64,000 nt of DNA from positions 218,483-282,482 of the forward strand of contig JBEKFP010000003.1 in assembly GCA_050013255.1 (NCBI GenBank). The letters run 5' to 3'. Below are positions 56,021 through 64,000 of this stretch, piece after piece. The DNA comes from Candidatus Bathyarchaeia archaeon (GTDB lineage: Archaea; Thermoproteota; Bathyarchaeia; 40CM-2-53-6). The position numbers and the translations under genes are program-made. Under the pieces are notes generated by a model. That model was not told where the DNA came from and ran no database searches. It saw nothing but the letters and a program-made list of their open reading frames with translations. How positions within the stretch are numbered: position 1 is the stretch's first letter; each line of letters starts with the position of its first letter.

Positions 56021-56327
56021 CAACTCACCACCTGAAAGATTTCGATGCTCGCTACCTAGCAACTATTTACGGTTACCTTTGACCAGTTGCATTCACCCAT
56101 CACATTTCGCAGGTCGCGTTTGTCCTGCAAGACGGATTTGAGGTTCATCAAGTAGGTTCAATGTTCCGGCTACGCCATGAGTCTAGATTATCGGGTGTGC
56201 GAGGAAAGCTGTTCGAGATGGTTGAATTCTTCGATGCTGAGAGGTATCAAAATTGACATCAAACTGTGTCGAAGAATCAAGAATCGAGGGGGAATGTACA
56301 GAGAGCTGGTAATAGGCTAGTTTCCAT

Positions 56328-56897
56328 ATGAGCCCCTACAACTGTTTTTACCATCCGAACCTGCCGGCTATGGCAGTTTGCAGCCGCTGTGGGCGCGGAA
56401 CGTGCGCGTCGTGCAGCAAACCCTACGGAGCACTCACCCTATGCCCCAACTGCTTCCACACGATACCAACTCCGCAAATGGCCCCTCCGCAAATGCCCCC
56501 TGGCATGGTAAACGCATATCCTGGGCGAGCACAACCCGGGTGGTACGGTCCAGTCTTCCCATTCAACTTCTTTAGATCACAATGGATGCCTATCGCACTA
56601 GTCGGCATCGCAGCAGCACTAATCTTCGCCAACGGGGTGGCGCTTCTCTCTCCAACGTTCTTCGCAGTTTGGACTAGCTTTCTCCCGTGGGTTGGATTTC
56701 TTGGGCCTGTTGGGTTCATTCTTGGCGTCATGCTCGGTTTCGTGCTGGTGGGGGCGCTTATCTTGATGCTACTTCGTTTCAGAGTAATGGCCGCATTCAT
56801 GATCTTCCCAACAGCAATCGTCAGCCTCTTCATCGGAGGGGGATTCATACTCGGCACGGTTCTAGCCGTATTAGCCGGAATCCTACTGCTACTCTAA
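56328..56897 (+). CDS. B-box-like zinc-finger membrane protein
   Basis: CxxHP, CxxC, CxxC, CxxC, then a Pro-rich linker and TM helices. Confidence 0.7.
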   Translation: MSPYNCFYHPNLPAMAVCSRCGRGTCASCSKPYGALTLCPNCFHTIPTPQMAPPQMPPGMVNAYPGRAQPGWYGPVFPFNFFRSQWMPIALVGIAAALIFANGVALLSPTFFAVWTSFLPWVGFLGPVGFILGVMLGFVLVGALILMLLRFRVMAAFMIFPTAIVSLFIGGGFILGTVLAVLAGILLLL

Positions 56898-57062
56898 CCA
56901 GCAATCGCCTAGCTTTCCTTCAGTCACAACCGCTATGATTGGTACTGCCGCTGTATCTTGAGGCTTTATTGCGCGAATGAAAGTTGGCGTGGTCCTGATG
57001 TAGCAGGGTAGGCTTACCTCTGCCTTCCTTTTTTATACCCATCCCAGCCACTCCACCACCCG

Positions 57063-57575
57063 GTGGCACAGGTGTCAGAACGTAGGCTGAGGTTCAAGAT
57101 TCGGCGCGGCAATTTTGAAGTGGAATTGGAAGGGGATTTTGAGTATGTTCAAGGTAAGTTTGAGGAACTCCTCAAATCCCAACCGTCCATATCGGCTATT
57201 TCTCAACAGGCCGGATTTGAGCAATCCGTTGATTCAGTCATTCCGGGGGAGGAGCTTGCGGGAATTCTTGAAACAACGCCGGAAGGGAAATTGCATTTCA
57301 CGATTCAGTTCGATCGGATTTCCGCGAAAGAAGCCATCGGGCTGATTCTTTACAGCAGCAATCCCTCGCCCCTCGAAGACGCTAAGCTAATTGAATTACT
57401 AGGAACAAGCTGGAAGGCAGTGAAGGACAACGTGGTCCGCGCTCGCGTCAGCGAACTAAGGAAAGAGGGAAAACTCATCGCAGAACAAGGACACTACTCA
57501 CTCTCAGGCGCCGGCATGCAATGGATAAGCAAAGAAGTCTTGCCAAAACTCAGGCCCGCAGCCACCCAAGCCTGA
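57063..57575 (+). CDS. Winged-helix domain protein
   Basis: VRARVSELRKEG...YSLSGAG. Confidence 0.65.
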   Translation: MAQVSERRLRFKIRRGNFEVELEGDFEYVQGKFEELLKSQPSISAISQQAGFEQSVDSVIPGEELAGILETTPEGKLHFTIQFDRISAKEAIGLILYSSNPSPLEDAKLIELLGTSWKAVKDNVVRARVSELRKEGKLIAEQGHYSLSGAGMQWISKEVLPKLRPAATQA

Positions 57576-57656
57576 AATGCCTTTTAGTATAAAGAACACT
57601 AAATATGCTATTAGTACTAATAGGACGCCACACTAGCAGTCACGTTATTTAGACCA

Positions 57657-57929
57657 TCAGAGTTTCGAATTCGGTTTCGTGGTTTGTTGTTCAAGCCAAC
57701 GTAGCCGTTGAATTCCCCGTTCAGTAAGGGCGTACGTGAAGGTCCCCCCCGCTCTTTCACGCTTCAACAACCCTTGCTTGTGGTAACGCATCAACGCCAT
57801 CCTGAGGGCGTGAATATCCAATGTGATTTCCTTACTTTCTGCGATCGTGCTTGCAAGGGAGCTACTATCCGTTGGCCCCGTCTTCGAAAGCAACCGCAGT
57901 ATTCGTAATTTCAGTACGTTATAGTTCAA
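57657..57929 (-). CDS. Small winged-helix protein
   Basis: ILRLL...QGLLKR...YALTERG. Confidence 0.6.
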   Translation of the reverse strand: MNYNVLKLRILRLLSKTGPTDSSSLASTIAESKEITLDIHALRMALMRYHKQGLLKRERAGGTFTYALTERGIQRLRWLEQQTTKPNSKL

Positions 57930-58163
57930 GCCTGAACCCCACAATGTGCACTGTTTAGCTTTAAAATGTTCGAAAAAGAGCCTGAGCACATCAGATTTTA
58001 CCAGAACCGAAGCCGAGTAACACCTAGCAGAACCCTCATTTCTATCACCATCTTGCTCGACCTCGCACAAAAGTGCATTATCGATGAGAGTAACACCTAG
58101 CAGGTTCGTTTTGCACTTCAAAGCTTTTATACAGTGTAGGAGTGAATGTGAAGTGAAAGTAAC

Positions 58164-58691
58164 TTGTCGGAAGGACAACAACAGCTCACGAGCATAGGAC
58201 TGCCTCTAGAAGTCACTATCAAGTACGGAACCCTCGAGAAGAAAATCACAGGCCCACCGGAACAAGTAGCGAAAGAAGTCTTCACATTCCTAACGAAAGC
58301 AATCCCCGAACTTGAGCTCGCCTCCCACTTGGCGTTATCCGTTGACCTAAGCGACCTGGCGAAAGCCTGCGAAGGTGTTCTTGCAATAACCCCCGAAGGC
58401 GTGGTCGTAACCGTTCCAGTTGACAAATTGGCTGACCGCGAACTCATGCTCCTCCATCTGGCCAAGGCGCGAATCGCGCACATGCTCGGAAAGTCGGACA
58501 AAGATTTCGTTCAATCTGCAGATCTGATCGCCTCGAGCAAGAAGACTGCTGGTACAGTTGCAGGCCGGTTGAGTGAGCTTTGCGGCGAAAGCCTAGCCGA
58601 GAGGAAGGGGAAGGGAGAGTATAGAGCCACCACTCTTGGCTTACATATGTTCCGAACACAAATCCTTCCCAAACTGAAACAGAAACAATAG
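58164..58691 (+). CDS. Winged-helix domain protein
   Basis: TVAGRLSEL...GEYRATTLG. Confidence 0.65.
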   Translation: MSEGQQQLTSIGLPLEVTIKYGTLEKKITGPPEQVAKEVFTFLTKAIPELELASHLALSVDLSDLAKACEGVLAITPEGVVVTVPVDKLADRELMLLHLAKARIAHMLGKSDKDFVQSADLIASSKKTAGTVAGRLSELCGESLAERKGKGEYRATTLGLHMFRTQILPKLKQKQ

Positions 58692-58704
58692 GGAACCACA
58701 AGCC

Positions 58705-59220
58705 ATGACGCAAACCGAAACCATGCAAGTCAAGGTCCAGATTGAAGTAAACGGTATGCGTTACGAAGGAAATGGTTCCCTTCAAGAAATTGTTCCTCAG
58801 ATTCTGCAATTCCTTTCCCAAGCAGTTCCAGCGTACGACCTCGCAAGAAAATTGGTTTATGTTCCCGACTTAGCTGGTTTGGCGGACAAAATTTCAGAAT
58901 TCGCCAAGATGACCAATACGGGCCAGCTCTTACTAGCGAATCGGGATCTGCCAGCCGAGAAAGCAATTTCGATTGTTCTATTCATGGCTCACTTGGCGGG
59001 TAAGATGGGTAAACGGGAAGGCGATTCACTTAGCATTGAGGAAATCGCCACCGGGGTAGGCAAAGCGCCCAAGACAATTAGAAACGTCATAGTCGAACTC
59101 CAGAAGTCCGGACTTATAGATCGAGCGGAGAGGGGCAGATATCGAATTACTCTGAAAGGCCTGATGGAGCTGGAAAACTCTCTGTCCAGCGTTTCCCAGA
59201 AAGGAGGTACCTCACAGTAG
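58705..59220 (+). CDS. Winged-helix domain protein (similar to the previous gene)
   Basis: SIEEIA...TIRNVIVELQKSGLI...YRITLKG. Confidence 0.7.
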   Translation: MTQTETMQVKVQIEVNGMRYEGNGSLQEIVPQILQFLSQAVPAYDLARKLVYVPDLAGLADKISEFAKMTNTGQLLLANRDLPAEKAISIVLFMAHLAGKMGKREGDSLSIEEIATGVGKAPKTIRNVIVELQKSGLIDRAERGRYRITLKGLMELENSLSSVSQKGGTSQ

Positions 59221-59318
59221 CGGGGTGTCTTGCTAGCTAATGCCGTCACTCATAACCGAGTGGTGCGGCGGCTGCGTGAGATTCGGGGGAATCCCACCGC
59301 AAAGGGGGCAAGAGTGAA

Positions 59319-60434
59319 ATGAACCGCCGCGCCCACCCAACCTCAAATGCACAACAGAGGATAAGTAATTTTCTCCACGCGGAGGACTCACTCAGCGGAG
59401 CAATTCCCGAGCGCTTCGTCGAATTCTGCCGACACTCAATTGAAGGCATAAGGGGCGATCTACTCTACACAAACCCCGTCCTCTCCCCTGAACTAACAGG
59501 TACAGAGTTTGACGATGCCGAAGCCACCACGCTAGAATTAGATACATTCGACGACGAACGGCTCGTTCCACTGGAACCAATCCCATCCAGTAAACCAGTC
59601 GTGGCGGTTGACACCTCCACAATTAAGCTCGGTGAACTGGCCGATGGTGCGCTTTGCGCTGTAAGGGGCGCGCTCGTCATACTCGAGGACAAACGCTACA
59701 GGTACGTAAGGTACGGGCCCCTCGTCTTCTCAATCGGTTACAACACGCTCGCCGCCTCACAAGAGTTCGCGGCACTGGGGTTGCCACCATTCACCGGTGA
59801 GCCAAACGTCGACAGCCTCCTCAAGCGAATACGAAACGTTCTCGAACGGTGGTTGCAATTCAACGCTAGTTCATCAATTGCCGGCGGCTTCATCCTGCTT
59901 GACGGATCGCTTACAGCAGGGACACCCGACAATCCATCGAAGGAACTCGAACGGATCCTCGAAACCGCCCGACGAGGCGGAAGCGCAGTGATAGCAATTT
60001 CCAAGAAAACGAAGCTGCGAATCCACAATCAGTCTCTAACTGAACTTCTCGAGAACCAGTCCGACCCCTGCATATTGGAGGTGGACGAACAGGTCACCGA
60101 CCAATTTCCACCCTACCCAGTACGGTTCCTCGGGCGTGTCTTTGTTGGAAAACTTGCGAGGGCAGGGTTTCCGTTTAGAATCGATGTGGACCGGGAAATC
60201 TCTATGCCTGAGACAATGAAAGGATTTTGCGAATTAGCAGGCACCGACATCGTTGACCAAGGCTATCCTGAAACGCTCAGGATGGCCCACGTGCTTTCAA
60301 CTTTCACAGCCAGCGACGTCTTGGCAATGCAAGCCTTCGCGGCGGCGCGTTATGGGGTTCAGCTTCTGCCGAAACTGGCCTTGCGCCGGTCGCTTTTCGG
60401 CCCATTCGGAACAGCTTGGGAGGCTTGGCATTGA
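59319..60434 (+). CDS. nurA: NurA family nuclease
   Basis: VAVDTS, LLDGSL, AISK, GYPETLRMAH. Confidence 0.8.
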   Translation: MNRRAHPTSNAQQRISNFLHAEDSLSGAIPERFVEFCRHSIEGIRGDLLYTNPVLSPELTGTEFDDAEATTLELDTFDDERLVPLEPIPSSKPVVAVDTSTIKLGELADGALCAVRGALVILEDKRYRYVRYGPLVFSIGYNTLAASQEFAALGLPPFTGEPNVDSLLKRIRNVLERWLQFNASSSIAGGFILLDGSLTAGTPDNPSKELERILETARRGGSAVIAISKKTKLRIHNQSLTELLENQSDPCILEVDEQVTDQFPPYPVRFLGRVFVGKLARAGFPFRIDVDREISMPETMKGFCELAGTDIVDQGYPETLRMAHVLSTFTASDVLAMQAFAAARYGVQLLPKLALRRSLFGPFGTAWEAWH

Positions 60435-61888
60435 AGATCCTCCGCAAAGAAGGCGACAACATACAACTTCTCTGCTTCCCAGAGGAGGAAGTGGAGAAGG
60501 GCGATTACCTACTCATCACCGACAAAATCAAAGAACGTTCGCTAATCGTTCAGATAATCGACATTCAATACGCAAACATCCCGGGAATCCTCGAAGACCT
60601 TCTCCGGGACGGCATATCCGAAGGGTCACTGACGGGCGAAGAGGTTGACCCATTCAAAGTCTCCTCCCAAATCACGGTTCTCAAGGATACGAGGTTACTT
60701 CTCGGAAAGATACGAGGAGCAATCGAAGAAGGCCAAATGAGTCGGGATGTCTCATGGCTTCCATCCAGAAACCACTCCCAGGTCGAAGTGATGCCGCCAA
60801 GATTCCTCACCGAAGCGCTCACAGCGAAACACCCTTTCGAACTGGGTTCCATGCGGCGTTTCCACCGCATATCCTCAGACCTAAGCGCTCTTGACGGGCG
60901 GCTCAACATCGTCACTGGCCGGAAGGGCACGGGGAAGTCCCACCTTACCAAGCTCCTCGTAACCAGCCTCGTACAAGAAGGCGCCCCAGTTGTCGTCCTC
61001 GATGTCAACGGTGAGTATGTCAACCTAGGCCAGACCCCGGACGGCCGCCAGATGCACCTATCACCGAAGATAATCTCCCTCATCCCCGGCCTCAACCTCA
61101 GGTTCAGCCTAAGCCAAGTCGGCCTGAGCACTCTCCTCGGGACGCTAACCTACGCGCTCTCGTTGCCCGAGAATTCCGCCCGGGTCTTCGCTCGCATTTG
61201 GCATGAGCTCGAAGAACAGAATCAACTCACAATGTCCGGCTTAGGTGCAGCGATCGCTAACTTCGACTGCCATGAAAGCATCAAAGACGCCCTTCAAGCG
61301 AGGTTCAACACGCTCGACGACTCTGGCATCTTCACGGACGACCCTAGGACCGCACTCAACCTTGAAGAGGTCTTCAGAAATCATGTCACCGGCTGCGCGC
61401 TAATCATCAACATGAAGAACCAATACGCAGCACTCCGCAGGATGACCGTCGAACTGCTCATCAGTAAACTCACAGACCTCCTATCAACTCAGAAGCTGCG
61501 GGCACTATTCCTATTCGCCGAAGAAGCACACCTCTACCTACGGGAGACATACTGGGATGACGCGGTCACCCGCATGCGGCACCTAGGCCTATTCACTACT
61601 TTCGTCACAAACCAGCCTGACACAATTCAGGCCAGCATCTACCGCCAAGCCGACAACATTTTCCTCTTCAACTTCAGCAACGAACACGATTTGGAAATAG
61701 TATCAAAGGTCGCAAAGGTCGATGCGGACACGATAAGAATGATTGTCCGCGACCTACCGCCGCGCCGCTGCCTAATCATTGGCGATGTTGTTGCTAACTT
61801 TCCACTAGTCGTGAACGTTAGGCCGCTAGAGGTCCAGACGCTTGGCGCGACGCGTTACTTCTTCGAACACCAATTCGCCCTGGCCTAA
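60431..61888 (+). CDS. herA: HerA/DUF87 family ATPase
   Basis: GRKGTGKS, DVNGEY, EEAH, RMRHLG, TNQP. Confidence 0.8.
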   Translation: MKILRKEGDNIQLLCFPEEEVEKGDYLLITDKIKERSLIVQIIDIQYANIPGILEDLLRDGISEGSLTGEEVDPFKVSSQITVLKDTRLLLGKIRGAIEEGQMSRDVSWLPSRNHSQVEVMPPRFLTEALTAKHPFELGSMRRFHRISSDLSALDGRLNIVTGRKGTGKSHLTKLLVTSLVQEGAPVVVLDVNGEYVNLGQTPDGRQMHLSPKIISLIPGLNLRFSLSQVGLSTLLGTLTYALSLPENSARVFARIWHELEEQNQLTMSGLGAAIANFDCHESIKDALQARFNTLDDSGIFTDDPRTALNLEEVFRNHVTGCALIINMKNQYAALRRMTVELLISKLTDLLSTQKLRALFLFAEEAHLYLRETYWDDAVTRMRHLGLFTTFVTNQPDTIQASIYRQADNIFLFNFSNEHDLEIVSKVAKVDADTIRMIVRDLPPRRCLIIGDVVANFPLVVNVRPLEVQTLGATRYFFEHQFALA

Positions 61889-62251
61889 CACTGGCCCGCG
61901 AGAACTACGAAGCTATGGCAACAACTTGTTCAGGCGCAAATCGCTGCTCGTGGCCATGGGTTGTCGCGTGAAAGAAGCAGTACGTATGACCGCACTCAGA
62001 ACAAGTCCAATTCGCGGGGCTCACACAAATAAAGGAAAAACAACGACTCAAGGCTACACCTTATCTTACGAACCGCTCCCCCAGATCGAATATAAGAATT
62101 GCCGGAATCGTCGCAGACAGGTGCAACCACTGTTCCCAAAACCAACCGTCACCATGGAACCGTTTCTACAATATGTTGGCGCTGTCCTTCCCTTGAAAAG
62201 ACTAAATATGATAGCAGCCCTCTTCGTACCAGAACAGCGGAGGTGTAAGAG

Positions 62252-62428
62252 TTACCAACTCACGGATCATTAACTAAAGCTGGGAAAGTTCGCTCCCAAA
62301 CGCCGAAGGTTCAAGCCCGCGAACGCCACTCCCCGATTCCAAAGATCAGGGTAAGGCGGAATTCCGAGAAACGCTTCGACCTAGGCCGCAAACCAGGTCA
62401 AAACTACATGCGAACGGGACCTCGTTAA
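62252..62428 (+). CDS. rps30e: 30S ribosomal protein S30e (apparent TTA start)
   Basis: Translated by hand: xPTHGSLTKAGKVRSQTPKV...; GGAGGTG RBS 6 nt upstream. Confidence 0.9.
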   Translation, partial: LPTHGSLTKAGKVRSQTPKVQARERHSPIPKIRVRRNSEKRFDLGRKPGQNYMRTGPR

Positions 62429-62878
62429 GGATTAGGGAGCGGGGTAGAGGAATCTTCGAATGTGTTCCTGTGTCTAGAGCAGGAAGCTCATTAGCTTCTT
62501 GAATCTAGACATTTTCTTCTGATATGCCCCGAGGGACATGATCTCCTCGAGGTCATCTGGCTTGCTCATTTACCCACACTACGAGTAGTAAATGAGCGCT
62601 GTGCGAATAAAAGTAATCGTATGATTTCCAACCTGTCGAAAGTATTACTCCCAAACACACTTGGAAGAGTGGCAGAAATTTTGAGGGCTCAAAACCTCGA
62701 AAAGAATCTTGATTTGCGTATGATCACAGCGGAAGAAATCAACCCTACCTGACTTAGTGAACCCCCTGTGGGCCACCATCAAGCGTGCGTGCGCCCCTTC
62801 AAGCCTCGGTGAACTGCGCTTCTCCCTGTAATCTCTTGCTTTGAATTTTAGGTATAGACGAAGCGTATTGGGTAGATC

Positions 62879-63406
62879 GTGGCGGGCCCGCTGGGATTTG
62901 AACCCAGAATGCTCGTCCCTTCACTTGCTATATACTCGAAGCCCAAGCAGAGTTCTGCGTGTCGCCAATTGACTGACCGCGCTCTGACCGCGCCTTTTGT
63001 CCCCAGACGAGGTGCAGCGAGTATCCCCAATCTGAGGATTGTTGAAAGAGCCTGGTTGGCGGGCATTGTGGAAGGCGAGGGAAGCCTGGGCTACAGTAGG
63101 GCTCCTCGGAGGAATGTTTGGCGAGCACGTTTAGCGATCGAGATGACTGATAAACCCGTCGTCGAGCGGTGTGCATTGATGATGGGAACAAGCGTATTCA
63201 TTGGCCACAGAAAAAGGAGGTCATTTGAGACTGAGGCTTGGGGTGAAAGATGCCTACGTATTTTGCAAATCATTTCTCCTCATTTTGCCGGGTCGAAACG
63301 AGAGCTCGCAACGAAGGTTCTAACAATAGGGCCTTCGGTTTCTTTGCAGAACCCTAGGCCAATCATACAGCGCCGTAGCCCAGAGTTCGCCGCGCAACAC
63401 CAATGA
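62879..63406 (+). CDS. Single-motif LAGLIDADG homing endonuclease-like protein (start uncertain)
   Basis: AWLAGIVEGEGS, IEMTD, IISPHF...K. Confidence 0.75.
   Translation: MAGPLGFEPRMLVPSLAIYSKPKQSSACRQLTDRALTAPFVPRRGAASIPNLRIVERAWLAGIVEGEGSLGYSRAPRRNVWRARLAIEMTDKPVVERCALMMGTSVFIGHRKRRSFETEAWGERCLRILQIISPHFAGSKRELATKVLTIGPSVSLQNPRPIIQRRSPEFAAQHQ
62880..62907 (-). repeat. Isolated tRNA 3' fragment (T-arm, acceptor strand, CCA)
   Basis: CTGGG-TTCAAAT-CCCAG-CGGGCCC-GCCA; no 5' half adjacent. Confidence 0.75.
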
Positions 63407-63508
63407 TGGCGGGCCCGGAGGGATTTGAACCCTCGATTTCCGGCTCCGCAGGCGTGCGCGAGATCACGCGTTCTCTCAGCGTCCTAATCCGGACTAGACT
63501 ACGGGCCC
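63407..63508 (-). tRNA. tRNA-Arg(GCG), CCA encoded, with a 23-nt intron at position 29/30 (63454-63476)
   Basis: Acceptor GGGCCCG/CGGGCCC; spliced anticodon arm CTGGC-CTGCGGA-GCCGG; BHB-like bulges TGA/ACG and GAGA/TCTC helix. Confidence 0.88.
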
Positions 63509-64000
63509 TGAAGGTTGATTGCGGATTGTGGTTAAAGAATTGTTGGGGTAGCGCGGTTTAGGTTGCTTGTTCGGATGCATGTTGCAAGGCGTTGGCCTTG
63601 AGGTAGGGCTCCAACCTAGGTCCCTTCGGCAATTGTTGTGATATTCGGTTGGTAAGAAAGGAGATTTGAGCGGCGCCATAGAGGACGTTGTCAATGATTG
63701 GCTGAAGAAAGACTCGAAGCCTAGAGATTGAACATAATGTCGCCTTATCGTCTGGGTTTCTATGACGAGTGGCAAATAATTTTGTCACGGTTAAGTTGAA
63801 CTCAATCGGGAATAGAAAACCTTATCCGAGCAACTTTATGATTCTACGAGCCGAAACGTTTTGTCAGCTGAAGCGAAACAAGACATTAAGATTAAGCCGA
63901 GTTTTGTGCCGTTCGCTTGGAAGGGTTTTGTCGTAGTATTGTTGGGTATCGTGGTTTACGGTGTGAGCTTTCTTTTCAAGTCTCTCTTTCTCCTCGGGTA

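Noticed and set aside
63494-64000. ORFs at the right window edge
   Set aside because: Short, no recognisable motif, and truncated context

Overview
Archaeal chromosome segment, probably TACK and plausibly Bathyarchaeia: it has rpS30e, NurA/HerA, tRNAs with non-canonical BHB-type introns and GGTGA ribosome-binding sites. The main signal is at about 2.97-20.63 kb, where 14 junctions share one layout: a short (CA)n or C-rich element end, a 14-bp unit ending in TGGTGCG (tRNA-like CGCACCA on the minus strand), then either the next element end or a tRNA T-loop mimic (GTTCAA at exact tRNA spacing). These junctions mostly separate single-gene cassettes (MarC, two HEPN-like proteins, EamA, a methyltransferase, a TPR protein). 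They also bound a PolB-less casposon-like element encoding a solo Cas1 (casposase), with terminal inverted repeats and an exact 15-bp direct repeat. I infer a Cas1-built, integron-like gene-cassette array (CRISPR-like logic with gene-sized spacers) next to tRNA-Gly. The rest of the window holds a proline dehydrogenase/sarcosine oxidase-type cluster, a DpnI-like nuclease, and an ATP-citrate-lyase-like/PrpD/LeuCD/IDH cluster. It also holds a putative peptidoglycan-peptide scavenging island bounded by a duplicated dcd 3' end, amt, wHTH-NurA-HerA, rps30e with an apparent TTA start, and a LAGLIDADG gene between two tRNA 3' ends. All calls come from reading motifs by eye; no searches were run.
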